Below, one piece after another: positions 37,323 to 48,076 of a stretch of 49,000 nucleotides of DNA; positions within the stretch are counted from its first letter, which is position 1, and each line of letters opens with the position of its first letter. The stretch comes from Chiloscyllium plagiosum (taxonomy: Eukaryota): assembly GCF_004010195.1 (NCBI RefSeq), contig NW_025214686.1, forward strand, positions 1 to 49,000, written 5' to 3'. The notes beneath the pieces were generated by a model that worked only from the letters and a program-made list of their open reading frames with translations, was not told the DNA's origin and searched no databases. Both the position numbers and the translations under genes were made by a program.

Positions 37323-37999
37323 TGTTATGAAGGTGTAGAAGTGTACTGTGCCTTTAAGAGAGTGAAGGACTTGGCAAGCACACAAAGTGCTGGAGAATTT
37401 AGCATTTGGTTCAGAACAGATAGTACTGGCTGAGTTGTTTTGAGACAAAAATATATTTGAATTTGGCCAATCGGTTTAAATTATACCCCGCAAATACCAA
37501 ATTCCAACCAAGTTTGAATTTAGAATATTGACAATTTTAAAAGACAATGACATAATCCAAAGACCAGGGAAAATTGAACAGTTGGGAGGAGAACTGCCAA
37601 GCCATCAGCATCTGCAGACTGCCCAGAGATTAGCTCTCTTAAAAGGCACCTTTATTGATCAGTAACCTGTGAAACTGAATCCCCAAGAAGAAGAAAAGAA
37701 GTCAGGAATACAGTAAAGAACTGAAAGCTGCTGGGTTTTCAGATAACAAGTTTTGTTTTGTAAATTTTGATCAGGAGTTTTATTGGACTAGTATTATAGA
37801 AGGGAAGGTAAAAGATGGGTTGGAAGAAGGAGTTGTAAATAGTTGTTGGGTATTTATTCTCTGTTATACTTTAAGAAATAAATTTGTTAGTTTTTACTTT
37901 AAATAGTTCTTGACCTCTCCAATTTTCACGGATTACATCATGGGATAAATCTTTTTTGTGATATGGGTTTTAAATTAGCAATTACCCCGTGTCATAACA
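37323..37999 (+). repeat. 3' LTR of Gmr1-like element
   Basis: TGTTATGAAGGTGTA...GTCATAACA, preceded by a polypurine tract. Confidence 0.95.
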
Positions 38000-38149
38000 A
38001 TAGAGAGAGGTGAGACCAGAAAGGGATTTGTGTATATGGAAGAAAATGATCAAATTATCTAGGCATTGCTAGAATAAGTGCCCATGGAGGTCATTGAGTA
38101 CATGAGTAATGGATGAATGAGGCTTAATTCAAATGAGAATTTGACATGT

Positions 38150-38602
38150 TTGTAAGTACCCTCACCAACATTTACAGATGCACCATTGAAGGTATACTGT
38201 TCAGGTGCAAAACTGGTATGTCAACTGTCATCCACAGGATAGTCAGAAACTACAGAAGGTCGTGTGTCATCGAAGACTCTCCGCACCCCAGTAACACTCT
38301 CCTATAACTCATTCCAACTCCCAGAAGATACAGAAGCTTCAATATACACACACCAGCAGGTTCAGGAACAGTTTCTTCCTAGCGTTATCAGATTGACGTG
38401 TGAACTCTAACTTCAAATAATGCTGACCTTGCTGCTATTGATCTTGGCTAGCACATGCTCTGTGTGGTGTAACTTGTCTGCCTCTGTCTAAGATTTTTTC
38501 ACCCATGATCTATATGTCCTTGCTATCTACCTGTACTGCTTGTAAACAAAGCCTTTCACTGTACTTAGGTACACATGACGATAAATAAGTCAAATCAAAT
38601 CA
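38150..38602 (+). mobile_element. Rex1/Babar-like LINE 3' fragment
   Basis: TLTNIYRCTIEGILFRC...LPTPRRYRSFN..TSRFRNSFF-like remnants; tail ATAAATAAGTCAAATCAAATC. Confidence 0.6.
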
Positions 38603-38797
38603 GACAACAGACATTTGAGTGAGCTCGAGTTTGTTGAGGGAGTAAAGTGGGAGGCTGGCCAGGCGTATATTAAAATACTCATGTCTAAAGAAAACAAAGA
38701 CATGGATGAGAGTTTCAGCAACAGATGAGCTAAAGCAACGCAGAGTGAGCAATGTTTTGGAACTGGAAGTAGACAGTCTTAGTTAAAGAGTGGATAT

Positions 38798-40452
38798 TGA
38801 AATGAAGGCTCATGTTAAATAATAATAATCATTATTGCTTGGAACTTGGCTTCTAAAGTAGACAAGTAAAGTAATGACAAGAAAGTAATGAATTGCTTTA
38901 AATTTGATTCATATTTCTATATATACTGTCTGTGTTAGGAATAGGAAATTATTTTTAGTTCTATTTTCAGTTCTGTGAGTGATGTCAATTTGTGTGGGAA
39001 ATGTGTTTACATGTATTTAAATGAAACATTTTTTATGTTTTTGAGGTGAATACCTCAGTGCCTTACAAATAAGGGTAGAAAAGAGAGAAATAACAGCTGT
39101 TGCTAAGTAACAAAATGCCCTATGAGCCAGAGAGAAAGAGATATAAAAATCTTCTTTTGGAAAACCAGAAATATCCAGAAGACAGGTGAATGTTCAGATT
39201 TCTTCCAGAGAGACAATCATTCAGAGAGAAAACAAAAAGTCTTGTAACAGTAGCAATGATGTTTAGCGTTCTCCAAAACAGCCAGACAGAACGAAACAAG
39301 TCCGGAGTGGTTAATGTTTGTAAGAGAAAAGTTGCAGAAACAAAAGACTTTGGAAGACTGATTTAAAGAATCCATGCTAATAATGAGTTGTATTAGCAGC
39401 TTTTTTATGAGTCTCAAGAAAGCACATCAAATAAGTGCAGAAGTTTCCCAAATAAAATCCAGTAGCATCCATGCCCACTGAACAAGGAAATCCAAAATGG
39501 ATTCAGATTATCTCTTCCCTGAAGTTCAAGTCTCTCTAAAATTGTTGGTAAGGCAAAAGGGTTGAATCTATGCTTCTGATGTTTGTAATATATTCATTTT
39601 ATGTTATTCTTTTCTAGTCTATAATAGTTTGTGTTGTTTTCCTTTTGAATGTAATAAACATTGATGTGCTTCTGTTAAAAAGACATTGGCTGCCTCTTGT
39701 GAATGCGTAAATTATGAAAGCTAATTATGAAACTATTTATTACAAGGGAAATTGAATTCAAAAGTAAGGAGATTATGCTTCAATTATACAGGGAATTGGT
39801 GAGACCATATCAGAATTACTGTGGACAGTATTGGTCTCTTTATTTAAGGAAGGATGTAACTGTGTTGGAACCAGTTTACCAAACTAATACCTGGAATGAG
39901 TGAGTAGTCTTACAAGGAAAGATTGGAAAGGCTAGGCTTGTATCCACTGAAGTTAAGACGAGTAGGAAACATAAAAGATTCTAGAGGGTCTTGGCACTGT
40001 AGGTGTATGTTTCTTCTTGTGGGAGAATGTAGAATGAGAGGTCACTGTTTAAAACACAAGGGTCACTCTTTAAAACTGAGATAGTGGAATTTACTTTTTC
40101 AGAGGATCATGAGCTATTGGAGCTCATCCTGAACAGATGATGGAAACAGAACCTTGAATATTTTTTTAAGACAGAGATAGAAAGATTATCGTTAAGTAAG
40201 GGGTGAAAGGTTAAGAATGATGAGAATGTAGAATTGAGGTTATAATCAACTTAGCCATGATTTTGTTGAATGGTGAGGAGGGCTTAAGAGGCTGAATTAT
40301 CTATTCTTACTCCCTGTTCATGTATTCATGATATGCTTAGTGATCGATCACTATGGTAGGTAAATTCTTAAAATAAAATAAATAGTCTAATAAGGCAGGC
40401 TTTGCTTTGGGATCAGATCTGTCTAGTTTTACCAGTAGCTGGGATCACAACA
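38798..40452 (+). mobile_element. Probable solo LTR with a CR1-like 3' fragment (about 39730-40330) inside
   Basis: TG(38798)...TCACAACA(40452) flanked by ATAT/ATAT; internal AATAAA; inner piece has decayed MLQLYRELVRP..YCGQYWSL.LRKD LINE motifs. Confidence 0.55.
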
Positions 40453-41441
40453 ATATGGGGTTTGAAGCCCATCTTGGGGTCAAATATGATGACACCAAAG
40501 TTGCTCAGCGTCGGACAGGGTGAGGGGTATAGTTAACATCTGCGGTGCCAATGTTGCGGTAGTTACTAAAGTCAATTCCTAATACATAGCTGGAGAAAAT
40601 GCCTACTCATCCAGTGCTGCATTTTTGATAAATATTTTGAAAATTTAAGGTAGTGGAGGAGTCTTTTTGGATTGCAATGCAGGAAGTCACGGGACCTGTA
40701 CAGGGATCTGAATTGCTCCCTGATATTTGCAGGAGTCTGCTTGTAAGTCAAGTTGATTCATGGATCAAATAGTTCAACTGACAAAACATAATCATCACCA
40801 TCACCCAGCCTCTCGCAGGTTGTGCAGTGTGAATAATGGGGCTGCAGGACTGCTGCTATGTAAATGCATGATTGAGAAACAAGCAAGGAACTAAATGTTG
40901 TGCTGCGAGACATCACATATTATTTGCTAACCCACAGACAGAAATTCTTTACAATTCATGGAGATGATTGTGTTGTCTGAAGTTGGGTACATCTCTTGAA
41001 TTTTAGAAATTAACTTCCAAAATGTACAACCTGACAGCAATGTTCTTCTGTGTTCAGATATTCATGGTGAAAGCTGGGGATGTGTTTTCCCTAGCTAGAA
41101 AGAAATCAGTCATCACTCTTATGGAAGCACAGGCTGGAAACTGACTGATGATATTGCTATCCTATGTAATAGCAAAGACTCCAGGCTGCGGTGAGCTGGA
41201 GTGCAGCAAACAAACAATCTGCCAACCGAAAGGTTATGTCGCACTGGGGAGTTAGAAGATGAATTGATTGCTGCAGAATTCCCAGCCTCTGCCCTGTGTT
41301 TTTGTAGCTGCTGTTACGATTTAATTCAATGTTAACCCCAGGATTCGGCTCTGATGAATAATCACAAGCTTTTTCTGAGGGTGTCCTTCATCATGTATAC
41401 AGCTTGTGGATGTTAAATAAAACAGGACAGTAGTGTTCATT

Positions 41442-41614
41442 CAAAGTTTGTGAGAAGATTTGTAGCTCGGGTGCTCGTTGTTGTGGTTCTGTTCGCTGAG
41501 CTGGGAATTTGTGTTGCAGACGTTTTGTCCCCTGTCTAGGTGACATCCTCAGTGCTTGGGAGCCTCCTGTGAAGCGCTTCAACACAAATTCCCAGCTCGG
41601 CGAACAGAACCACA
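41442..41614 (-). mobile_element. Second family of PLE-derived mini-element with hammerhead, inverted arms and perfect 15-bp TSD
   Basis: TSD ACAGTAGTGTTCATT at 41427-41441 and 41615-41629; inverted arms 41480-41516 and 41580-41616; minus-strand core GCA-CTGAGGA-TGTCACCTAGACAGGGGAC-AAAACGTC-TGC. Confidence 0.85.
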
Positions 41615-41989
41615 ACAGTAGTGTTCATTATTTAGACCAGAAATACCATGAAATCCTAATGATGTTGTTAGATCCTAATTTGTATTCAGAGAGCCCAAAG
41701 TGGGATTTCCCTGCTTTTAACTATGGGGATAACAAATTGACATCTGTGTGCACCCGTTCAGGTTGAGATGGGCACATTGGAACAGACTTGTTCTTACTTA
41801 ATTTGCATAAACATAGCATTGCCCATGTGACTCTTGTGTTGCTGTTTGTTCCTTCAACCTGCGTATGACACATGGATATGACAGGGGTCTGCAGAACAGT
41901 TGTGGAGCCTCCCTAAAGGCAGGTGCAATGTGAAAGGGAAACTGCACAAAAATATTGCAGCAATGGAAAATCTTTCACCATGAGCATCA

Positions 41990-42190
41990 GGGTAGGCAAA
42001 GGGTTCCAGAGTGACAGCTGCAGAGCTGGAGATATTCATGTTACCAGTGGGCAGGGGGAGAGATGCTAGGGTTGCAAGAGAAATGAGAGCAAAAGAACCC
42101 AGTAGGATCACCCTTACATAAGCTGGCAGTAGATGACCTGGGAGATGAACTCCTGAAGTTTGGAGCAGCACTACAGGAAATCTAATGACC
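41990..42190 (+). pseudogene. Possible Harbinger-type Myb/SANT-like ORF remnant
   Basis: AKGSRVTAAELEIFMLPVGRGRD...KEPSRITLT, then after a frameshift WQ*MTWEMNS; loosely fits the Myb/SANT-like pattern; weak. Confidence 0.3.
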
Positions 42191-42194
42191 TAAT

Positions 42195-44733
42195 TGAAAT
42201 AACTCCACAGAGGCCAGTTCCCATTACCAAGTCACCCTTTATTTACACATGGTGAATTCTTGACTCTAATCCAGTCTCCTCAGAGCCTGCTCTCAGATTG
42301 AACAGAATGTCTGATGCTCCTGTTTATATCTGTCAGCCAGGGCTCCCTGATTGGGGCTGTTAACCTGGTCCAGTCAGGGATCTCATATTCTATAAGGTCC
42401 ATCTGGCTGACCCCATTACAATTGTTACATCTCTCAAGAGCCATGTATGAGGACATAGGCTGGTTCTGTTTTGAAGTTCCTCCTCGGGTGTTTCAGCACC
42501 AGGTCACATTTCTCCAACTCTGCCTCTGATGCAGGCGGCATGTAGCACCCAGTAGCTCTCCTCTTCCACCAGGAGCATCTTGGTAGAAATTAATTTTCCT
42601 CTTCAGGTGGCAAAGGTGTCGAGTTGGTGACATCTGCCAAGCCCATCTCTGATTCTGAAGTAGCTTCAACACTTAATAGAAAGAGAGAACCAATGAGTTC
42701 TGGAACAGTCGGAAAGGCTGATGAGGAGCTGGTCATGTGTTGCTCTTGCACTGTTTGTGAGGGAGAAACTTTAAGGTGATCCACTTGTTTGTTTAGGACT
42801 GCCTCACTTACCCAACTTCTTATGTTACTGAACCTGACTTCGCACCAACCTCACTTCTTACCCATGCAGGGCCATTCCCGTGGTTCCTACATTAAACTTT
42901 GTCCTCTGAAGTAAACTGACTCTCTTGCTTAGCAGAGTCTTGTATCCAGCACTGGAATTCCTAATGCTGTTTCACGCAGCCCCCAGTTCCAGGAAGATCA
43001 GGTTTAACCCAGTTCAGAGTCTTCTCCCCATTAACAACTCTGCTGAAGCTATTTCTGAGGTTCCATGAGGGGCGTCCTATAATCAAATAGGAACTGAGAC
43101 AGTTTGGTATCTAGTCACTCTGTAGGCTGTTTCTTTTAGCTTGCCTTCAATGTTTGAACTGCTTTTTCTGCTGGACCACTGGATGATGGATGGTATGGAG
43201 CTGTCCTTACATAACCAATATCATTTGACTTTAGGGAATACTCCAAGTCCCTGCTGGTAAATGGTGGCCTGTCATCTGTGACCAACACTTCTGAGACTCC
43301 ATCAACTGCAAAATATGTGCACAGTTTTTCTATCCTCATCCCCATGTTTGATAAATGAACTCTATGCACATCCAGCCATTTTAAATAGGTGTCCAAATGA
43401 CTAAGAATATTGAGTCCATGAAAGGGCCTTCACAATCGATGTGAAATTGAGTCCAGGTTTACACCTGCCATTACAATTAATGTGGGGGAACTGCTCGCAA
43501 TAATTTGTGTCCTTGCACGCACTCTGGGTACTGCCTCACCAATATGGCCACGTCTGCATCCAATCCTGGCCACCAGACATAACATCTTCATTTTGGAAAC
43601 TCCTGGATGATCCTGGTGGAGTTCAGCCAATATCTGGCGGCGACCTTTACTCAGAACAATCACCCCTGCTCCTCATAACAACATGCCAACCTCTATTGTG
43701 ATCTGGTCTCCCTGGATCCAAAAAGGTTTTAATTCTGATTGTGGTGGCTGTTCGGTTTCCCCCATCACCACCAGCTGTTTCAGTTTTTTCTGGATCGGAT
43801 TTTTCTGCATCCAATGTCTGATATTGTCAGCTGTGACTGCAAATGTGTCCAGATAATTTAAACCAATGCTTTCTTGCATTGGTGGTACCAATGGCAGTGT
43901 ATTTGTCAGTGGGAGGTGGCTCAATGTGTCCGCATTTGCTGCTTAACTTCCTGGACAGTATTCCAACTTGTAAATATAGGCTCTTAGTATTACAGCCCAC
44001 CACTGTATTTGGATTGAAGCCATGGGCAGCACAGCCTTGTCCTCTTTCGGTAGGCCGAACAGGGTTTCATCCATATAGATACTAGAGGAACTTTGTAAAG
44101 GACAGCCCCCCTGCCATCTTTGCAAAGAAATCCTCCCTGTGAGGGACTGGGTATTTATTCAGCTTTGAGAAGTGGTTTACCATTTGTTTCAAATCCCCAC
44201 AGAAGTGAAACGACCCATTGGGCTTCCCCATTGATATGACTGGTGCTGTCCATTCTGCAAACTGGACTGGTTTGATCATGCCTTCACTTTCCAGCCTTCT
44301 GATTTTTGCCTCTTCTTTTACACATAAGGCAAATGGAACTGGAAAGTGCTTGGTTAACATGCAAAGTGGCCTTGGCTCCTAAACCTTCTTGAAAAACATC
44401 CTGATATTTAATTAGGATTTCGCTCTGGCAGCCATTTTCTAATTGAAAATGTTGAGCCAATCTAGGTGAATCTTTCTCAACCAATTTCTCAAACATCAAG
44501 CTTGGGCCCGAGACTTTTACAATAATCAATGGTAACTGAACCAGCTGCCTGCTATAACAGACTGGAACCAAAGATATACCCTTAATCTGTAAAGTGCATG
44601 GGTTCTCAGTCTAGCCAACATATTGTGCAAACTTGAAGGCTGGTGTACTGAGCGAATTTTGTTAAAGACTAGTTCCACAATCACAGGCAGAGAGGTGCCA
44701 GTTTTGGCCTATATCAGAACTAGCTGACCATTA
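42195..44733 (-). mobile_element. Decayed Gypsy (Mag/K02A2.6-like) pol plus 3' LTR, left-arm copy
   Basis: Mirror image of 45538-48076. Confidence 0.9.
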
Positions 44734-45537
44734 ACTGAAAATGTGTTGCTGGAAAAGCGCAGCAGGTCAGGCAGCAGCCAAGGACCAGTGGGGTTCTGTC
44801 CTGGTGGCGATTGGAGGGGCAGGGCTCAAGGGTGGAGGGGCGGGGCTCAAGGGCGGAGGAGCGGGAAGTGGAGGAGATGTGGTGGAGAGCTTCCCACTTC
44901 CTCCAAACCAAAGGAGTAGCCATGGCCACCTGCATGGGCCCCAGCTATGCCTGCCTCTTCGTAGGATATGTGGAACAATCCATCTACTGCAGCTACACTG
45001 GCACCACCCCCCACCTATTCCTCTGCTACATCGATGACTGTATCGGCGCTGCCTCGTGCTCCCACGAGGAGGTTGAACAGTTCATCCACTTTACCAACGC
45101 ACTTCCACCCCGACCTCAAATTTATCTGTACTGTCTCAGACTCCTCCCTCCCCTTCCTAGACCTCTCCATTTCTATCTCGGGTGACCGCATCAACATGAA
45201 CATTGACTATAAACCGACCGACTCCCACAGCTACCTAGACTACACTTCCTCCCACCCTGCCCCCTGTAAAAACACCATCCCATATTCTCAATTCCTTCGT
45301 CTCCGCCGCATCTGCTCCCAGGAGGACCAGTTCAATACCGAACAACCCAGATGGCCACCTTCTTCAAAGACCGCAATTTCCCCCCAGACGTGATTGACAA
45401 TGCTCTCCACCGCATCTCCTCCACTTCCTGCTCCTCCGCCCTTGAGCCCCGCCCCTCCAACCGCCACCAGGACAGAACCCCACTGGTCCTTGGCTGCTGC
45501 CTGACCTGCTGCGCTTTTCCAGCAACACATTTTCAGT
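44734..45537 (+). mobile_element. Penelope-like element RT fragment with 5' inverted copy of its 3' end
   Basis: FLQTKGVAMATCMGPSYACLFVGYVE...FLCYIDDCIG, frameshift, FHPDLKF..SLPFLDLSI..YKPTDSHSYLDYTSSHP..KNTIPYSQFLRLRRICS; ends carry the GCTGCCTGACCTGCTGCGCTTTTCCAGCAACACA terminal sequence. Confidence 0.92.
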
Positions 45538-48076
45538 TAATGGTCAGCTAGTTCTGATATAGGCCAAAACTGGCACCTCTCTGCCTGTGATTGTGGAACT
45601 AGTCTTTAACAAAATTCGCTCAGTACACCAGCCTTCAAGTTTGCACAATATGTTGGCTAGACTGAGAACCCATGCACTTTACAGATTAAGGGTATATCTT
45701 TGGTTCCAGTCTGTTATAGCAGGCAGCTGGTTCAGTTACCATTGATTATTGTAAAAGTCTCGGGCCCAAGCTTGATGTTTGAGAAATTGGTTGAGAAAGA
45801 TTCACCTAGATTGGCTCAACATTTTCAATTAGAAAATGGCTGCCAGAGCGAAATCCTAATTAAATATCAGGATGTTTTTCAAGAAGGTTTAGGAGCCAAG
45901 GCCACTTTGCATGTTAACCAAGCACTTTCCAGTTCCATTTGCCTTATGTGTAAAAGAAGAGGCAAAAATCAGAAGGCTGGAAAGTGAAGGCATGATCAAA
46001 CCAGTCCAGTTTGCAGAATGGACAGCACCAGTCATATCAATGGGGAAGCCCAATGGGTCGTTTCACTTCTGTGGGGATTTGAAACAAATGGTAAACCACT
46101 TCTCAAAGCTGAATAAATACCCAGTCCCTCACAGGGAGGATTTCTTTGCAAAGATGGCAGGGGGGCTGTCCTTTACAAAGTTCCTCTAGTATCTATATGG
46201 ATGAAACCCTGTTCGGCCTACCGAAAGAGGACAAGGCTGTGCTGCCCATGGCTTCAATCCAAATACAGTGGTGGGCTGTAATACTAAGAGCCTATATTTA
46301 CAAGTTGGAATACTGTCCAGGAAGTTAAGCAGCAAATGCGGACACATTGAGCCACCTCCCACTGACAAATACACTGCCATTGGTACCACCAATGCAAGAA
46401 AGCATTGGTTTAAATTATCTGGACACATTTGCAGTCACAGCTGACAATATCAGACATTGGATGCAGAAAAATCCGATCCAGAAAAAACTGAAACAGCTGG
46501 TGGTGATGGGGGAAACCGAACAGCCACCACAATCAGAATTAAAACCTTTTTGGATCCAGGGAGACCAGATCACAATAGAGGTTGGCATGTTGTTATGAGG
46601 AGCAGGGGTGATTGTTCTGAGTAAAGGTCGCCGCCAGATATTGGCTGAACTCCACCAGGATCATCCAGGAGTTTCCAAAATGAAGATGTTATGTCTGGTG
46701 GCCAGGATTGGATGCAGACGTGGCCATATTGGTGAGGCAGTACCCAGAGTGCGTGCAAGGACACAAATTATTGCGAGCAGTTCCCCCACATTAATTGTAA
46801 TGGCAGGTGTAAACCTGGACTCAATTTCACATCGATTGTGAAGGCCCTTTCATGGACTCAATATTCTTAGTCATTTGGACACCTATTTAAAATGGCTGGA
46901 TGTGCATAGAGTTCATTTATCAAACATGGGGATGAGGATAGAAAAACTGTGCACATATTTTGCAGTTGATGGAGTCTCAGAAGTGTTGGTCACAGATGAC
47001 AGGCCACCATTTACCAGCAGGGACTTGGAGTATTCCCTAAAGTCAAATGATATTGGTTATGTAAGGACAGCTCCATACCATCCATCATCCAGTGGTCCAG
47101 CAGAAAAAGCAGTTCAAACATTGAAGGCAAGCTAAAAGAAACAGCCTACAGAGTGACTAGATACCAAACTGTCTCAGTTCCTATTTGATTATAGGACGCC
47201 CCTCATGGAACCTCAGAAATAGCTTCAGCAGAGTTGTTAATGGGGAGAAGACTCTGAACTGGGTTAAACCTGATCTTCCTGGAACTGGGGGCTGCGTGAA
47301 ACAGCATTAGGAATTCCAGTGCTGGATACAAGACTCTGCTAAGCAAGAGAGTCAGTTTACTTCAGAGGACAAAGTTTAATGTAGGAACCACGGGAATGGC
47401 CCTGCATGGGTAAGAAGTGAGGTTGGTGCGAAGTCAGGTTCAGTAACATAAGAAGTTGGGTAAGTGAGGCAGTCCTAAACAAACAAGTGGATCACCTTAA
47501 AGTTTCTCCCTCACAAACAGTGCAAGAGCAACACATGACCAGCTCCTCATCAGCCTTTCCGACTGTTCCAGAACTCATTGGTTCTCTCTTTCTATTAAGT
47601 GTTGAAGCTACTTCAGAATCAGAGATGGGCTTGGCAGATGTCACCAACTCGACACCTTTGCCACCTGAAGAGGAAAATTAATTTCTACCAAGATGCTCCT
47701 GGTGGAAGAGGAGAGCTACTGGGTGCTACATGCCGCCTGCATCAGAGGCAGAGTTGGAGAAATGTGACCTGGTGCTGAAACACCCGAGGAGGAACTTCAA
47801 AACAGAACCAGCCTATGTCCTCATACATGGCTCTTGAGAGATGTAACAATTGTAATGGGGTCAGCCAGATGGACCTTATAGAATATGAGATCCCTGACTG
47901 GACCAGGTTAACAGCCCCAATCAGGGAGCCCTGGCTGACAGATATAAACAGGAGCATCAGACATTCTGTTCAATCTGAGAGCAGGCTCTGAGGAGACTGG
48001 ATTAGAGTCAAGAATTCACCATGTGTAAATAAAGGGTGACTTGGTAATGGGAACTGGCCTCTGTGGAGTTATTTCA
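45538..48076 (+). mobile_element. Decayed Gypsy (Mag/K02A2.6-like) pol plus 3' LTR (about 47851-48076), right-arm copy
   Basis: RT N-part (PVQFAEWTAPVI..KPNGS..CGDLK..N), internal deletion, RNase H end (IQWWAVILRAYIYKLEY), integrase (ELHQDHPGVSKMK; VTDDRPPFTS; TAPYHPSSSGPAEKAVQTLK); LTR TGTAATGGGG...TTATTTCA with AATAAA. Confidence 0.9.

Larger units (their letters stand above)
31789..37999 (+). mobile_element. Full-length decayed Gmr1-like Ty3/Gypsy LTR retrotransposon
   Basis: LTRs 31789-32481 and 37323-37999 (TG..CA); TSD ATAG (31785-31788 / 38000-38003); tRNA-Pro PBS TGGGGGCTCGTC at 32485-32496; PPT AAGGGAGGAGA. Order: gag (SCAN-like LREIILLEEFKNTL; CFHCGKVGHVKPQC), PR (LRDTES), INT (HELPVGGHLG..CCMC; IQSDQGSNYT), RT (PFGMKNTPNTFQR; YLDNVVIF), RNase H (DASDIGVGAVL; YSTIEKELL). 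Confidence 0.95.
31480..40660 (-). mobile_element. Old L2-like LINE 3' part split into about four pieces by nested insertions
   Basis: Colinear L2-like pieces at about 31480-31788, 38004-38140, 38603-38797 and 40453-40660 rejoin across the Gmr1, Rex1-like and solo-LTR insertions. Confidence 0.5.
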
